Source: Flaccisagitta enflata
Lineage: Eukaryota
Direction: 5' to 3'
DNA: 64,000 nucleotides
NCBI GenBank assembly: GCA_965153355.1
Contig: OZ231126.1
Coordinates: forward strand, 45,508,001 to 45,572,000
Part shown: piece after piece, positions 26,623-39,154 of the stretch
How positions within the stretch are numbered: the stretch's first letter is position 1
How the letters are laid out: each line of letters opens with the position of its first letter
Notes under the pieces: model-generated
What the model was told of the DNA's origin: nothing
The model's database searches: none
Seen by the model: the letters and a program-made list of their open reading frames with translations, nothing else
Position numbers and translations under genes: made by a program

Positions 26623-29374
26623 CTAATGAATCAAGGGAGGGGGAGAATAACATTAAAGGTTTTGGAGCAATTTCAATACTCTCAAACTGACTCAAAGTCT
26701 AGTCCTCAGGGATTTTTCCATCCCAGCCATCATTGCTCCATATTCCAGCGCCTAAAACAAGGCCCATGAACTTTTTTTTTAGAGATAAAGCCTGACTCTT
26801 TGATCTCTTCCCAGGATGCAGTCTCATGAACAACATCAGTGTATGATGAGACTTAATTTTTTCAAGATCTACCAGTTCCCAATGGTAGAAAAGAGAGGGT
26901 AGCCATGTCCCTAAGAGCAAAGATCTTCTTCAATACTTGCCAAGCTGGAAGAGAAATAACTTTGGATTGTCATTTCCATTTGAAATGGTGATCTAAATGT
27001 AAGACTCTTTCTGTCAAAGATATGTTGCCAGATCAGATACTGAGGCAATGCCATCATATGGGGCGTATGGGATGCCTGAAGTGGTAAAGCTTTACCAAGC
27101 TCTGACTCAGCATGATCAGATTATCTATCAGCTCTTGGCCAGGTACTTATGCAGATGCAACACTAAATTTGCAACAAAAGTGATGCCATGGGGTTAGCCA
27201 TGCCATTGCCATTGATTGATATCTTAACCAGCCTGCTACACAAACAAAATACTAAAACTAAAACAAAGCAGTAGTGATATGTGTTCAGCAATACCCACTG
27301 CCCTTCTTTGTATGATTGTATTTGGGAATGAGTGGGAGCAGGGCACAGCTCCCAAGGGGTTAGTGCACAGGGGGTGATTAAAGGCTTCAAAAAGCTTGGG
27401 AGGGCTGATTGGGGCTAAAAAGACAAAATTTGAGGTTCAAGACAGTTGATTTCATCAAAAAGATGGCTGATTTGAGGCCTGAAAGAGCCCTGGTAAAACT
27501 GATTTAAGGCCTGAGAGGATTTAATTAAGGTCAGACGAGGCTAATTTGACGCCCAAAACAGTTGATTTCATGGCTCAAAACACTAATTTGGTGCCTGATA
27601 GAGTTGATCAGCAGAGGCTGAAGGCTGAAGGCTGAAAAGAGGGAGGGATGAACAAAGCCAAAGGGATAGACAGACAGACAGATGAATGAACATAAGTCTT
27701 TCTGTGTTCCTCTATTGTACATCAAATTGTACAATGTCAAGTAGCAAGTCTTTATCTTTACAGCAAAAGCTGCAGCAGCTTATAAATCAATTAATTTTCA
27801 TATCAATCATATCGTGTATGACAAGTGGGAAAGTATTCCTCTTTATACCCAAACGGAGAAAAATTTAGATACAGTTTGTTATAAGATATAGGAGATAATC
27901 AATCAATTATCCAACAAACAGTAAGCAAACAATCTATGAAAGATGAATAACATTAAAAATGTCAAGATTTGGTCACTTTTGGCTATCACGGGTCCCACAA
28001 GGCATTTGTATGGGTTCAACAGGGGTCTTCATCTTTCACTTTTATTCTTATCTAGTTCTGCTGTACTGATGAGGGAAGCTAAACAGACTACTAGGTCCTT
28101 CATTGTCAAAACTGCTTAAATTTTGGCCATTTTTCCCCGTTTAAGCCTTTTGGAGCATCTAGGGGCCTCTTGAATGGGTCCCTGAGGGGCCCCTGACCTT
28201 TTCTTTTGATGATCCACACCAGATGACAGTATCTTTACATGGAATTTCCCTCCCCAACAACGTTTGAGAAGAAACAACTCCAAAACCCCCGTTTTTCAGC
28301 TGTTTAGGTTATTTGGGGGCCCTTTGAGCAACCCAGGAGGGCCCCACAGACATATGAATCAATCTAACAATCAATCATTCAATAAATCAATCAATCATCC
28401 ATCCAATAAGCAGTAAATAGGTGCAGTCCAACAATGTATCAAAGAAAAATAGTGAAAAAATGTCAAGATTTGGTTATTTTTGGCTTTTATGAGTCCTTTG
28501 GGTCCTCTGGATGGGCCCATCAGGGGTCTTCAGCCTTCTTATCTAGTTCTGCTGCACTGATGAGGGAAGCTAAACAGATAACTAGGCCCTTTGTTGTCAA
28601 AGATGGCAAAAAATTGATAAAAATGCTTAAATTTTGGTCATTTTTGCCCGTTTTAAGCCTTTAGGAGCATCTAGGAGCCCCTTGAATGGGCCCTTGAGGG
28701 CCCCTGACCTTTTTTTTTTTTGTTGCTCCAAACCAGGTGACAGTATCTTTACATAAAATTGTACTCCCCAATAACATTTGAGAAGAAACAACTCCAAAAC
28801 CCCTCATTTTTTAGCCATTTTCAGCTATTTTGGTCATTTGGGGGCCCTTTGAGGACCCCCGGAGGGCCCCACAGGGACCCCTATCAGCTACTTCTCCTTA
28901 TTTTATGTTCTACTACCTAATATCTTTCAAACAAGACCAGCTCCAAGGATTTTTAACAATTTGTCAAGGAATAGCAAAGAAAACAAGATGAACAATCTCA
29001 AATTTTGCATTGTTTTTGGTAGTGCTTTGCACCCCCAAAAAGGGGGGGAACTAAAAGTGCTCCTCGGTAGAGGGAAATGGGAAATATGGCCCAAACTTTT
29101 TTTTTTCTCAAAGTAGACATAAAAAGTAAACTTTTCACAAATGCAAATCCTTCTATGACCAAAAAATTTTTTTCACCCCCATCTATTTTTGGCGTTTATT
29201 GCGATTTTCACATTTTTCGGTTCCTTAGCCAGCAATCTATATGAGGGCTCCCGTTGCACATTTTTCGAAAAAATCATAAAACAACAGTCATTTTGGTCAA
29301 AGAGGATGTCGATGGTAAGTTTTAGAAAGAGATTTTAGACTTTTATGATACTGCATCCTATCTGGGATGTCCTA
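25391..29374. mobile_element. About 4-kb TIR transposon relic with long inverted arms
   Basis: Termini TAGGGCATCCCAGA / TCTGGGATGTCCTA; 7-bp direct repeat TTATATG on both flanks; inverted arms 25455-25595/29185-29320 and 25793-26441/28348-29005. Confidence 0.8.
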
Positions 29375-29428
29375 TTATATGCACTCTTACTTAATTTGCT
29401 CCTGCTCCTCCTCCTCTTTTCATTCAGT

Positions 29429-29505
<77 letters not shown>

Positions 29506-30143
29506 TTATTTCTCTTTCTCTTTCTTTCTCTTTTCCTCTCTTTCCTTTTTTTCGTCTTTTCATTCCCCTCTCTTACTAGTACGTACGTAGTTCGTAGCAC
29601 AAATGAGTTCCCCTGAGTTTCGTTCCTTCTTTTCGCCTCGGCTTTGAAAAAAGGTCGATTTACCTTTTTTTTCTCTTTTCTCACTTTTTGTGCTTCTCTT
29701 CCTTGCCGCTTTGCGCCGCCACTCGTTCTTGTTGCCGACTATTTCTACAAAAAAAGGGGTACTAAAGACTCTTTGGGGGTTCACGTTAACAGTTCCAAAG
29801 GGATTTTTATGAAAATCGTAAATTCTTTAAAAGGAAAACGAACCTTTTTTTTGTAGCGTATATGTATCAAACATTATTCTCTCTATCCAATCTCCTCCTT
29901 AGAACGTCCTCGCGTTCAAAAGAAAAAAAAAACTATTCTAGACAACATGTGATTAGATGTTTTCTCTCATTTCTTTTTTTGAGATCGGTCAGTAAAAGTT
30001 GGACTAAAAGAAAATTGAAATCGAATTTTGCATCGTGATTTACTAATTGTTATAATGAAACCGCTATTGTACCATACAAGTACCAAAACAATTTCCTCCA
30101 TTACAATGTTAACACAATGATGAGCACCTACCATCAGAAATAC

Positions 30144-30235
<92 letters not shown>

Positions 30236-30530
30236 GTTGACACGGGGGACCTCATCACAATCGATCACCTTATCAAAGCTTCGTCATCAACGTTCTTCAT
30301 TAGGGCCAATGGTTTTTGCATCAAATCAATTGAACACCCCAGCCTGCAGCTTTTTTAAACTGACTATGTCTATACTATTGAAAACTACTCGCTATATGAC
30401 TTTTCTCCGTGTTTTAGAGGTTCCAGTTTTGATATTTTGATCAGAACTGGATGGTGGTTGTGGTAAAAATGTCAAATCTAGGTCATTTTGGCCGCAAAAT
30501 TGGGCCACTTTGCCTTAGAAATCGAACCTA

Positions 30531-31331
30531 AAATCCATGAGATTATAAAACTAGAGCTCAAGAGCTAACTAGTGGCGCAATCCGCATGTTTTTATCTTTA
30601 TTCGTTTAGATTTGAGAGCATTTCAAAGATGAAAGGGTATGAGGGTCATTTTGCAGTGTCAATTTTAAAGGCAATTTTGACTCTTTTCACATTTTTCAGT
30701 ATTTCTCAGCTTTAAATGGACCAATTTGCATGAAATTGGTGATCAAATTGAAGAGTTTTTGCTGCTTTAGCTGATGGTAAAAAAATTTTTGATCGATTTT
30801 GCCCTCAATTTTTTTTATTGACTGCCAAAGCAGGTGTAAAGAAGTCAATTTTCTTAAAAATTGGGCAATTTTGGACAAAAAATTGGACTGCTTCCAGTTT
30901 TTAAAAATACTTGAAATTCATGAGCAAAATAAAGTACTGCTCAAGAGCTAACTAGTGGTGCAATTGGCATGTCAATATGTTTTGGCATTTAGATTTTACA
31001 AAACATCAAAGATCAAAGGGTATGTCAAAATGACCATTTATGGTAAATTTGGCCATTTTGGCCTCAATTTTGGGTCACTTTGCTGTAAAAAATCGATAAA
31101 AAAATCCATGAGATTATAAAACTAGAGCTCAAGAGCTAACTAATGGCGCAATCCGCATGTTTTTATCTTTATTTGTTTAGATTTAAGAGCATTTCAAAGA
31201 TGAAAGGGTATGAGGGTCATTTTGCAGTGTCAATTTTAAAGGCAATTTTGACTCTTTTCACATTTTTCAGTATTTCTCAGCTTTAAATGGACCAATTTGC
31301 ATAAAATTGGTGATCAAATTGAAGAGTTTTT
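30531..31331. repeat. Near-identical 230-bp direct repeat with a related subunit between
   Basis: 30531-30760 repeats at 31103-31331; a diverged subunit lies at about 30915-31085. Confidence 0.8.
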
Positions 31332-31627
31332 TATTACCATTGATGTGCAATTTCTTCTATCACCCAGAGTTTGTATTAGTATCCTGAATTGCTTAGATTT
31401 TGTATTAATTTCAGATTCAAACATTCATTTACAATTTCATCTATTCATCTTGAATTTAATTTTCAAAAGCAAAGTAAAAGTTTACCGTGAATGATGGGAC
31501 TAGTTCATTAAAATGACATGGTCACAAGCAGCTACCCTAGGGATCATTCAGGCATCGTTGACAATGATAGTGACAAAATGACCAACTAACCAGAAACGTA
31601 GTAGGTTGAAGTTCTTTCCGCCTAGAT

Positions 31628-32327
31628 CAGGGGGTGGAAAGCTAAAACTATTTTAGCAAATTTTAGCGCGATTTAGCAAATTTTAGCGCGATTTAGCAAA
31701 TTTTAGCGTGTTTTGAGGGAAAGGAGGAATATGCTAAAACAAGCTAAAACTTCAAAATATGCTAAAACTTGATTACTAAAACATGCTAAAACGAAAGATC
31801 GCGCTAAAACTCAAATGGGTTAAACTCAAAACGCGCTAAAACTCAAAATGCGCCAAAACTGCAGAAAACGCGCTAAAACTCAAAAACTTATTAAAACTCA
31901 GTGTGCTAAAACTCAAAAACGTGCTAAAACTCAGAATTTGCTAAAACTCAAAACATGCTAAAACTCAAAATCCGCAAAAACATGCTAAAACTGCAGAAAG
32001 TGTGCTAAAACTCAAAAAATTATTATAACTTAGCGTGCTAAAATTCAAAAATATGCTAAAACTCAAAATGCGCTAAAACTCAAAACACGTTAAAACTAAA
32101 AACACGCTAAAACTCAAATAGCTAAACCTCCAAATGCGTTAAAACTAAAAAAAACACTAAAGATCTGGCATAAACCTCATAATTTTTGCAAATCTTTGGA
32201 AGAATTTTAGCAAGTTTTAGCATCCCACTAAAAGGAGGAATATACGCGCTAAAATTTGCTAAATCGCGCTAAAATTTGCTAAATCGCGCTAAAATTTGCT
32301 AAAATAGTTTTAGCTTTCCGCACCCTG
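31628..32327. mobile_element. hAT-like MITE with about 80-bp TIRs and GCTAAAACTCA internal repeats
   Basis: CAGGGGGTGGAAAGCTAAAACTATTTTAGC... mirrored by ...GCTAAAATAGTTTTAGCTTTCCGCACCCTG; TSD only partial (CCTA). Confidence 0.8.
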
Positions 32328-32957
32328 CCTAAAAGGTCTTAGCGTTTTCCCCCTCTCGCGCGGATTTCATTGGCTCTCGGCCGCCAATCGCCGCCCGAGT
32401 TCCCGTCGTCACGGTAACCGCGATTCCGTATCACACTCAAACCCATGACGAAGCCGCGGCAGCCGCGGCAGCCGCGACAGAGACAATTTGCAATGGGAAG
32501 TCGCCACGATGTGACGACGATGCCTACTAGCCCAAGTTTGTACCGACTCCACACAATGCTCGAGAATCATCAAGCGTTACCAAGTAGGCACTCACCCATT
32601 ACCTCGCAGTCTGCACTTGTCCATTTTATGTCAAATCAACACTTCCAAATCCAATGTCAGCACTCGTACATTCATTCATTACATGACGCTATTTTATTTG
32701 CTTAAATGTCGGTACTTATACATTCATTCATTACTAAGTCAGCACTTGCACATTTATTCATTACAAAGTCAGCACTTGTGGAAGATATCAGCAACAGCAA
32801 CACAACGAAAAACCTCACCTTTCAGAATCAGATATTTCCAGTTGGCTATGGAAGAATCATGAACCATCATGTCCTGAGGTTTGAGTTTAAGTATCACCGA
32901 GGCTTAATGGCCCTCCTATTTGCCTCCACCCCAGATGGCCGGCGGTGGTGAATTTTT

Positions 32958-33226
32958 TTTTTAGTCGCGTGCTACGCGACTCTATAAGCAACTATGTCGG
33001 TCCGTCGGTCGGTTGGTCGGTCGGTCGGTCCATCACAAATTCGATTTTTTTTTCATTTTTTTCATTTTGTAACACTAGAGAAGGTGCTGGGAGGTGAATA
33101 TCACTTATTCTGAGGTCATTTTCAAAAATTTGTGTGCCTGTCTGTCTGTCTGTTTGTTTGTATGTCTGTCTGACCAAATCTTTCTGAAAATACTGACGCA
33201 CGCGACTTAAGTCTAATGACCTGTTT
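32958..33226 (+). mobile_element. HINE family 1b copy
   Basis: Same 5' hairpin as family 1, GTCG/GTCT repeats, distinct 3' end; second copy 39477-39745. Confidence 0.7.
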
Positions 33227-33487
33227 TTTTTTTTGTTTTTTTTTTTAAAAAGCAAGGCCGAATACATGGCAATCCAGTCACCTATCGACAAACCGACATA
33301 CCGACCGACACAGCAAGGTGTAGTCGCATTTCTAACAAAAATGATCTAAATCAATTCAAAATTTTTCGCGCCATTTTTATGATGCGTCCTCTGTTGGTCC
33401 GTCTATTGGTCCGTCCATTGTCTATCAGTCCGTCGGTCTGTCGGGCCACCAGTCAGTCCGTCCGTGGCATTGCAAGATTGAGCAAGA

Positions 33488-33546
<59 letters not shown>

Positions 33547-33852
33547 CTCCCTGCGCCAAATGATGGTGAACTATAACTCGTTATCTCGTCTTTCGTCTTC
33601 TGTGATTTCCATTTGTGCCTATTTATACATTTGTACTTTATCTTCTGATACAAAAAAAACAATACTGTTACTTTCTTATGTTGATGCAATATTGTCTACG
33701 ACTGATTTTGTTTGCCATGTTCTCCCCTTTATTTTCGGAAAGAATGAAGCGCTAAAGACGTACATACGTACGTACGGACGTACGTATCTATAGATCGAAT
33801 TTCGGCCTTGTTTTTCAGCTATAATCCTCGTAATATGGGGGATTGCCAGATC

Positions 33853-34157
33853 GTTTTTATTTGCTATTTACTTCAATTTCCTCCAAAATAGCCTTGATTT
33901 CCACAAGTTTGTTCGAAATCATGAAAATTAAACCTCCATTCGAGATCATTTCCATTAGACATGACCTGGTAGCAATAATAATGTCAAAGGTTGCAAAAAG
34001 TCAGATTGTTTTTATTTGCTATTTACTTCAATTTCCTCCAAAATAGCCTTGATTTCCACAAGTTTGTTCGAAATCATGAAAATTAAACCTCCATTCGAGA
34101 TCATTTCCATTAGACATGACCTGGTAGCAATAATAATGTCAAAGGTTGCAAAAAGTC
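33853..34157. repeat. Perfect tandem duplication of about 152 bp
   Basis: GTTTTTATTTGCTATTTAC...GTTGCAAAAAGTC occurs twice adjacently. Confidence 0.9.
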
Positions 34158-34324
34158 CACGCCAGGCCTTAAGAAAACGGAAACTTAACTGCAGTTAAAT
34201 GAAAATAGAGAGTTCAAGTAACCTTAAATTGACCCGTTAAATGAGGTAAAAATGAGTTGGCCTATTTCAACTAGCATTATTGGGGAAACGGAGGTGTGAC
34301 TGTGAGCCTCTCGCTGAAACCTTC

Positions 34325-34625
34325 CTTGTACATTCATGTATTACGAAGTCAGCACTTATACATTCATTTATTACAATGTCAGCACTAGCACATTCATTCA
34401 TTACAAAGTCAGGACTGAAGCATTCATTCATAACAAAGTCAGCACTTGTACATTCATTCATAACGAAGTCAGCACTTGTACATTCATTCATAACAAAGTC
34501 AGCACTTTTACATTCATTCATTACAAAGTCAGCACTAGTAGATTCATTCATTACAATGTCAGCACTTGAAAATTTATTCATTAAAATTTAAGCACTTGTA
34601 CATTCATGCAATTCAAAGTCAGCAT
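34325..34625 (+). repeat. 30-bp minisatellite (CATTCATTCATTACAAAGTCAGCACTTGTA)
   Basis: About 10 copies; 3-4 more at 32655-32780. Confidence 0.9.
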
Positions 34626-34626
34626 T

Positions 34627-36420
34627 GAGAGGACAGACAATCATCAATTTATTTAAAGGACAGACAATCCTCAACTTGTTTGAGATGACAGACAATCCTC
34701 AACTTGTTTGAGAGGACAGACAATCCTCAACTTGTTTGAGAGGACAGACAATCGTCAACTTGTTTGAGAGGACAGACAATTGTCAACTTGTTTGAGAGGA
34801 CAGACAATTGTCAACTTGTTTGAGAGGACAGACAACTGTCAACTTATTTCAGAGGACAGACAACTGTCAACTTATTTCAGAGGACAGAAAATTGTCAACT
34901 TATATCAGAGGACAGAAAATCGTCATTTTATATCAGAGGACAGAAAATCATCAACTTATATCAGAGGACAGACAATCGTCAACTTATTTCAGAGGACAGA
35001 CAATCATCAACTTATTTCAGAGGACAGACAATCGTCAACTTATTTCAGAGAACAGACAATCGTCAACTTATTTCAGAGAACAGACAATCGTCAACTTATT
35101 TCAGAGAACAGACAATCGTCAACTTATTTCAGAGAACAGACAATCGTCAACTTATTTCAGAGAACAGACAATCGTCAACTTATTTCAGAGAACAGACAAT
35201 CGTCAACTTATTTCAAAGGACAGACAATCGTCAACTTATTTCAAAGGACAGACAATTGTCAACTTATTTCAAAGGACAGACAATCGTCAACTTATTTCAG
35301 AGGACAGACAATCGTCAACTTATTTCAGAGGACAGACAATCGTCAACTTATTTCAGAGGACAGACAATCGTCAACTTATTTCAAAGGACAGACAATCGTC
35401 AACTTATTTCAGAGGACAGACAATCGTCAACTTATGTCAACTTATTTCAGAGGACAGACAATCGTCAACTTATTTCAGAGGACAGACAATCGTCAACTTA
35501 TTTCAGAGGACAGACAATTGTCAACTTATTTCAGAGGACAGACAATCGTCAACTTATGTCAACTTATTTCAGAGGACAGACAATCGTCAACTTATTTCAG
35601 AGGACAGACAATCGTCAACTTATGTCAACTTATTTCAGAGGACAGACAATCGTCAACTTATTTCAAAGGACAGACAATCATCAACTTATTTCAAAGGACA
35701 GACAATCGTCAACTTATTTCAGAGGACAGACAATCATCAACTTATTTCGGAGGACAGACAATCTTCAACTTATTTCAGAGGACAGACAACCGTCAACTTA
35801 TTTCAGAGGACAGACAATCGTCAACTTATTTCAGAGGACAGACAATCGTCAACTTATTTCAGAGGACAGACAATCGTCAACTCATTTCAGAGGACAGACA
35901 ATCGTCAACTTATTTCCGAGGATAGACAATCGTCAACTTATTTCAGAGGACAGACAATCGTCAACTTATGTCAACTTATTTAAGAGGACAGACAATCGTC
36001 AACTTATGTCAACTTATTTCAGAGGACAGACAATCGTCAACTTATGTCAACTTATTTCAGAGGACAGACAATTGTCAACTTATTTCAGAGGACAGACAAT
36101 CGTCAACTTATTTCAGAGGACAGACAATCGTCAACTTATTTCAGAGGACAGACAATCGTCAACTTATTTCAGAGGACAGACAATCGTCAACTTATTTCAG
36201 AGAACAGACAATCGTCAACTTATTTCAGAGGACAGACAATCGTCAACTTATTTCAGAGGACAGACAATCGTCAACTTATTTCAGAGGACAGACAATCGTC
36301 AATTTTTTAGAGAGGACAGACAATCGTCAATTTTTTCAAGAGGACAGACAATTGTCAATTTTTTAGAGAGGACAGACAATCGTCAATTTTTTTGAGAGGA
36401 CAGACAATTGTCAATCTATT
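34627..36420 (+). repeat. 28-bp satellite array A1 (GAGGACAGACAATCGTCAACTTATTTCA)
   Basis: About 60 tandem copies; some units carry a 10-bp internal duplication. Confidence 0.97.
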
Positions 36421-36422
36421 TG

Positions 36423-37737
36423 AGTCAGCACTCGTACAAGTGATTACAAGGTCAGCACTTGTACATGTGATTACAATGTCAGCACTTGTACATGTGATTA
36501 CAATGTCAGCACTTGTACAAGTGATTACAATGTCAGCACTTGTACAAGTGATTACAATGTCAGCACTTGTACAAGTGATAACAATGTCAGCACTTGTACA
36601 AGTGATAACAACGTCAGCACTTGTACGAGTGATTACAATGTCAGCACTTGTACGAGTGATTACAATGTCAGCACTTGTACAAGTGATTACAATGTCAGCA
36701 GTTGTACAAGTGATTACAACGTCAGCACTTGTACAAGTGATAACAACGTCAGCACTTGTACAAGTGATAACAACGTCAGCACTTGTACAAGTGATAACAA
36801 CGTCAGCACTTGTACAAGTGATAACAACGTCAGCACTTGTACAAGTGATAACAACGTCAGCACTTGTACGAGTGATAACAACGTCAGCACTTGTACGAGT
36901 GATAACAACGTCAGCACTTGTACGAGTGATAACAACGTCAGCACTTGTACGAGTGATAACAAGGTCAGCACTTGTACGAGTGATAACAACGTCAGCACTT
37001 GTACGAGTGATAACAACGTCAGCACTTGTACGAGTGATAACAACGTCAGCACTTGTACGAGTAATAACATTGTCAGCACTTGTAAAAGTGATAACAACGT
37101 CAGCACTTGTAAAAGTGATAACAACGTCAGCACTTGTAAAAGTGATAACAACGTCAGCACTTGTAAAAGTGATAACAACGTCAGCACTTGTACAAGTGAT
37201 AACAACGTCAGCACTTGTAAAAGTGATAACAACGTCAGCACTTGTAAAAGTGATAACAACGTCAGCACTTGTACAAGTGATAACAACATCAGCACTTGTA
37301 AAAGTGATAACAACGTCAGCACTTGTAAAAGTGATAACAACGTGAGCACTTGTAAAAGTGATAACAACGTCAGCACTTGTACAAGTGATAACAACGTCAG
37401 CACTTGTACAAGTGATAACAACGTCAGCACTTTTACAAGTGATAACAACGTCAGCACTTGTACAAGTGATAACAACGTCAGCACTTGTACAAGTGATAAC
37501 AACGTCAGCACTTGTACAAGTGATAACAACGTCAGCACTTGTACAAGTGATAACAACGTCAGCACTTGTACAAGTGATAACAACGTCAGCACTTGTACAA
37601 GTGATAACAACGTCAGCACTTGTACAAGTGATAACAACGTCAGCACTTGTACAGGTGATAACAACGTCAGCACTTGTACAGGTGATAACAACGTCAGCAC
37701 TTGTACAGGTGATAACAACGTCAGCACTTGTATGAGT
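36423..37737 (+). repeat. 27-bp satellite (GTCAGCACTTGTACAAGTGATAACAAC)
   Basis: About 48 tandem copies, no spacers. Confidence 0.97.
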
Positions 37738-37856
37738 GATAATATAAGCCGGAATTCCACCCGGGCTTATTGCAATGCTCTCTCCGAATTAAATATCACA
37801 CCATCAGAGACCCCGAATCTGTCTGCAAAGAAAGAGAGACAGCTTCAGAGCATTTG

Positions 37857-38141
37857 CAGGCCTGTATATTGGGTTTGGAGAAAGGGAAGGAAAAGGAAGG
37901 AGGAAAAAAAAGAAAAAAAAGAAAACTTGGGGAAAATATAAATTTTGTCAGTAAAAAATTATAAAACCTGATAAGTTTAACACAATTTAACACTATTTAA
38001 ACCTTAAGCACCCAGTTTTAGTGGTTTATAGGGATGAAAAACATTGATTTGGTAATGCGACGCGAGGGGTCGCGGGGAAGAAAATCAAAGGCAGGGGGGG
38101 GGGGAAAATAATCAAAGGTTATGGAATTATATACACCCCTG
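37857..38141. mobile_element. hAT-like MITE
   Basis: TIRs CAGGCCTGTATAT / ATATACACCCCTG; exact 8-bp TSD AGCATTTG (37849-37856, 38142-38149). Confidence 0.85.
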
Positions 38142-38727
38142 AGCATTTGTCAATTGATATTTGTTCGGGCAGAGAATCATCAATCAATCAATAAGCAAAA
38201 ATGGATATAATGCCAATCAAAAGTATAATGAAATATCAGAACATAAAGAATATATCTTGATTCTCTTCACTGTCCATCAAAATCCCTCTCCTACATACTT
38301 CTCCTCGCTTCAACTAGACGACCCGGCAGTAAGAAGCGAAACCAGGTAAAGTATGAGGGAAGACATATGCGGACACCAAGGCAAAATTTCAAACATGATG
38401 TTACAACCATCGTACGCGAAAGTAACCGTAAATGTGTAAGTGTAAACGTATATCTAAAAGCACTATGAATGTAAAAATTATCACGTAGAAAGGAAAATAT
38501 TACAAGTTTTTTTTCCCTTTTTGAAAAACGATAAACTTGAAAAATCACAGCGGAAAAAAAAAAACTTTTAAACGGAGACTAAATCATGAGGTAAATATGG
38601 AACCGAAAAAAAAAAAACGCCGAAGGTATCACATAAATATCACGTAAGCTTTTACAAAATGAAGAAGACTGGTATACCCGGAGAATTGCAGAGAAATAAA
38701 CCTTTTTCCTTTGGAACTAGAAATCGA

Positions 38728-38927
38728 TTTTTAGTCGCGTGCTACGCGACTCTACACCCCGCTTTGTCGGTCCGTCCGTCCGTCAGTCCGTCCGTCAGTC
38801 ACACTTTACTTTTTTTGGGTTTCGGGGATTTTTGGCTTCACTGCTCCTGCCCAAATGATCTGGTGACCTCAATTACGGCCCCTGCCCACCCACACGCGAC
38901 TAGGGTAGCCATGTATCCGGCCTTGTT
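38728..38927 (+). mobile_element. Intact HINE/Helentron-like family 1 element
   Basis: T-run, 5' subTIR hairpin AGTCGCGT-GCT-ACGCGACT, (GTCC)n, 3' subTIR CACGCGACT, terminal stem-loop, TT flank, no TSD. Confidence 0.8.
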
Positions 38928-38956
38928 GAAGCAAACTCGGAGTTGAAAGGATTAAA

Positions 38957-39154
38957 AACAAGGCCGGATACACGGCTACCTAAGTCGCGTGCAAGTGGGC
39001 AGGGGCTGTATTTGAGGTCACTTGATCACTTGGGCAGGAGCAGTGAGGGCAAAGATAAAAAAAACCCAAAAAAGTAAAGTGTGACCGACAGACGGACCGA
39101 CCCACAGACCGACAAAGCGGAACGTGGAGTCGCGTAGCACGCAACTAAAAAAAA
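38957..39154 (-). mobile_element. HINE family 1 copy, tail-to-tail with the previous one
   Basis: Reverse-complement similarity to 38728-38927; further minus copies at 15853, 25158, 40420, 42980. Confidence 0.8.

Noticed and set aside
34627-37941. Long ORFs of 125-391 aa in the 28-bp and 27-bp arrays
   Set aside because: They are translations of tandem repeats that lack stops by chance; the one-base variant array A2 has no long ORF; no splice or start context
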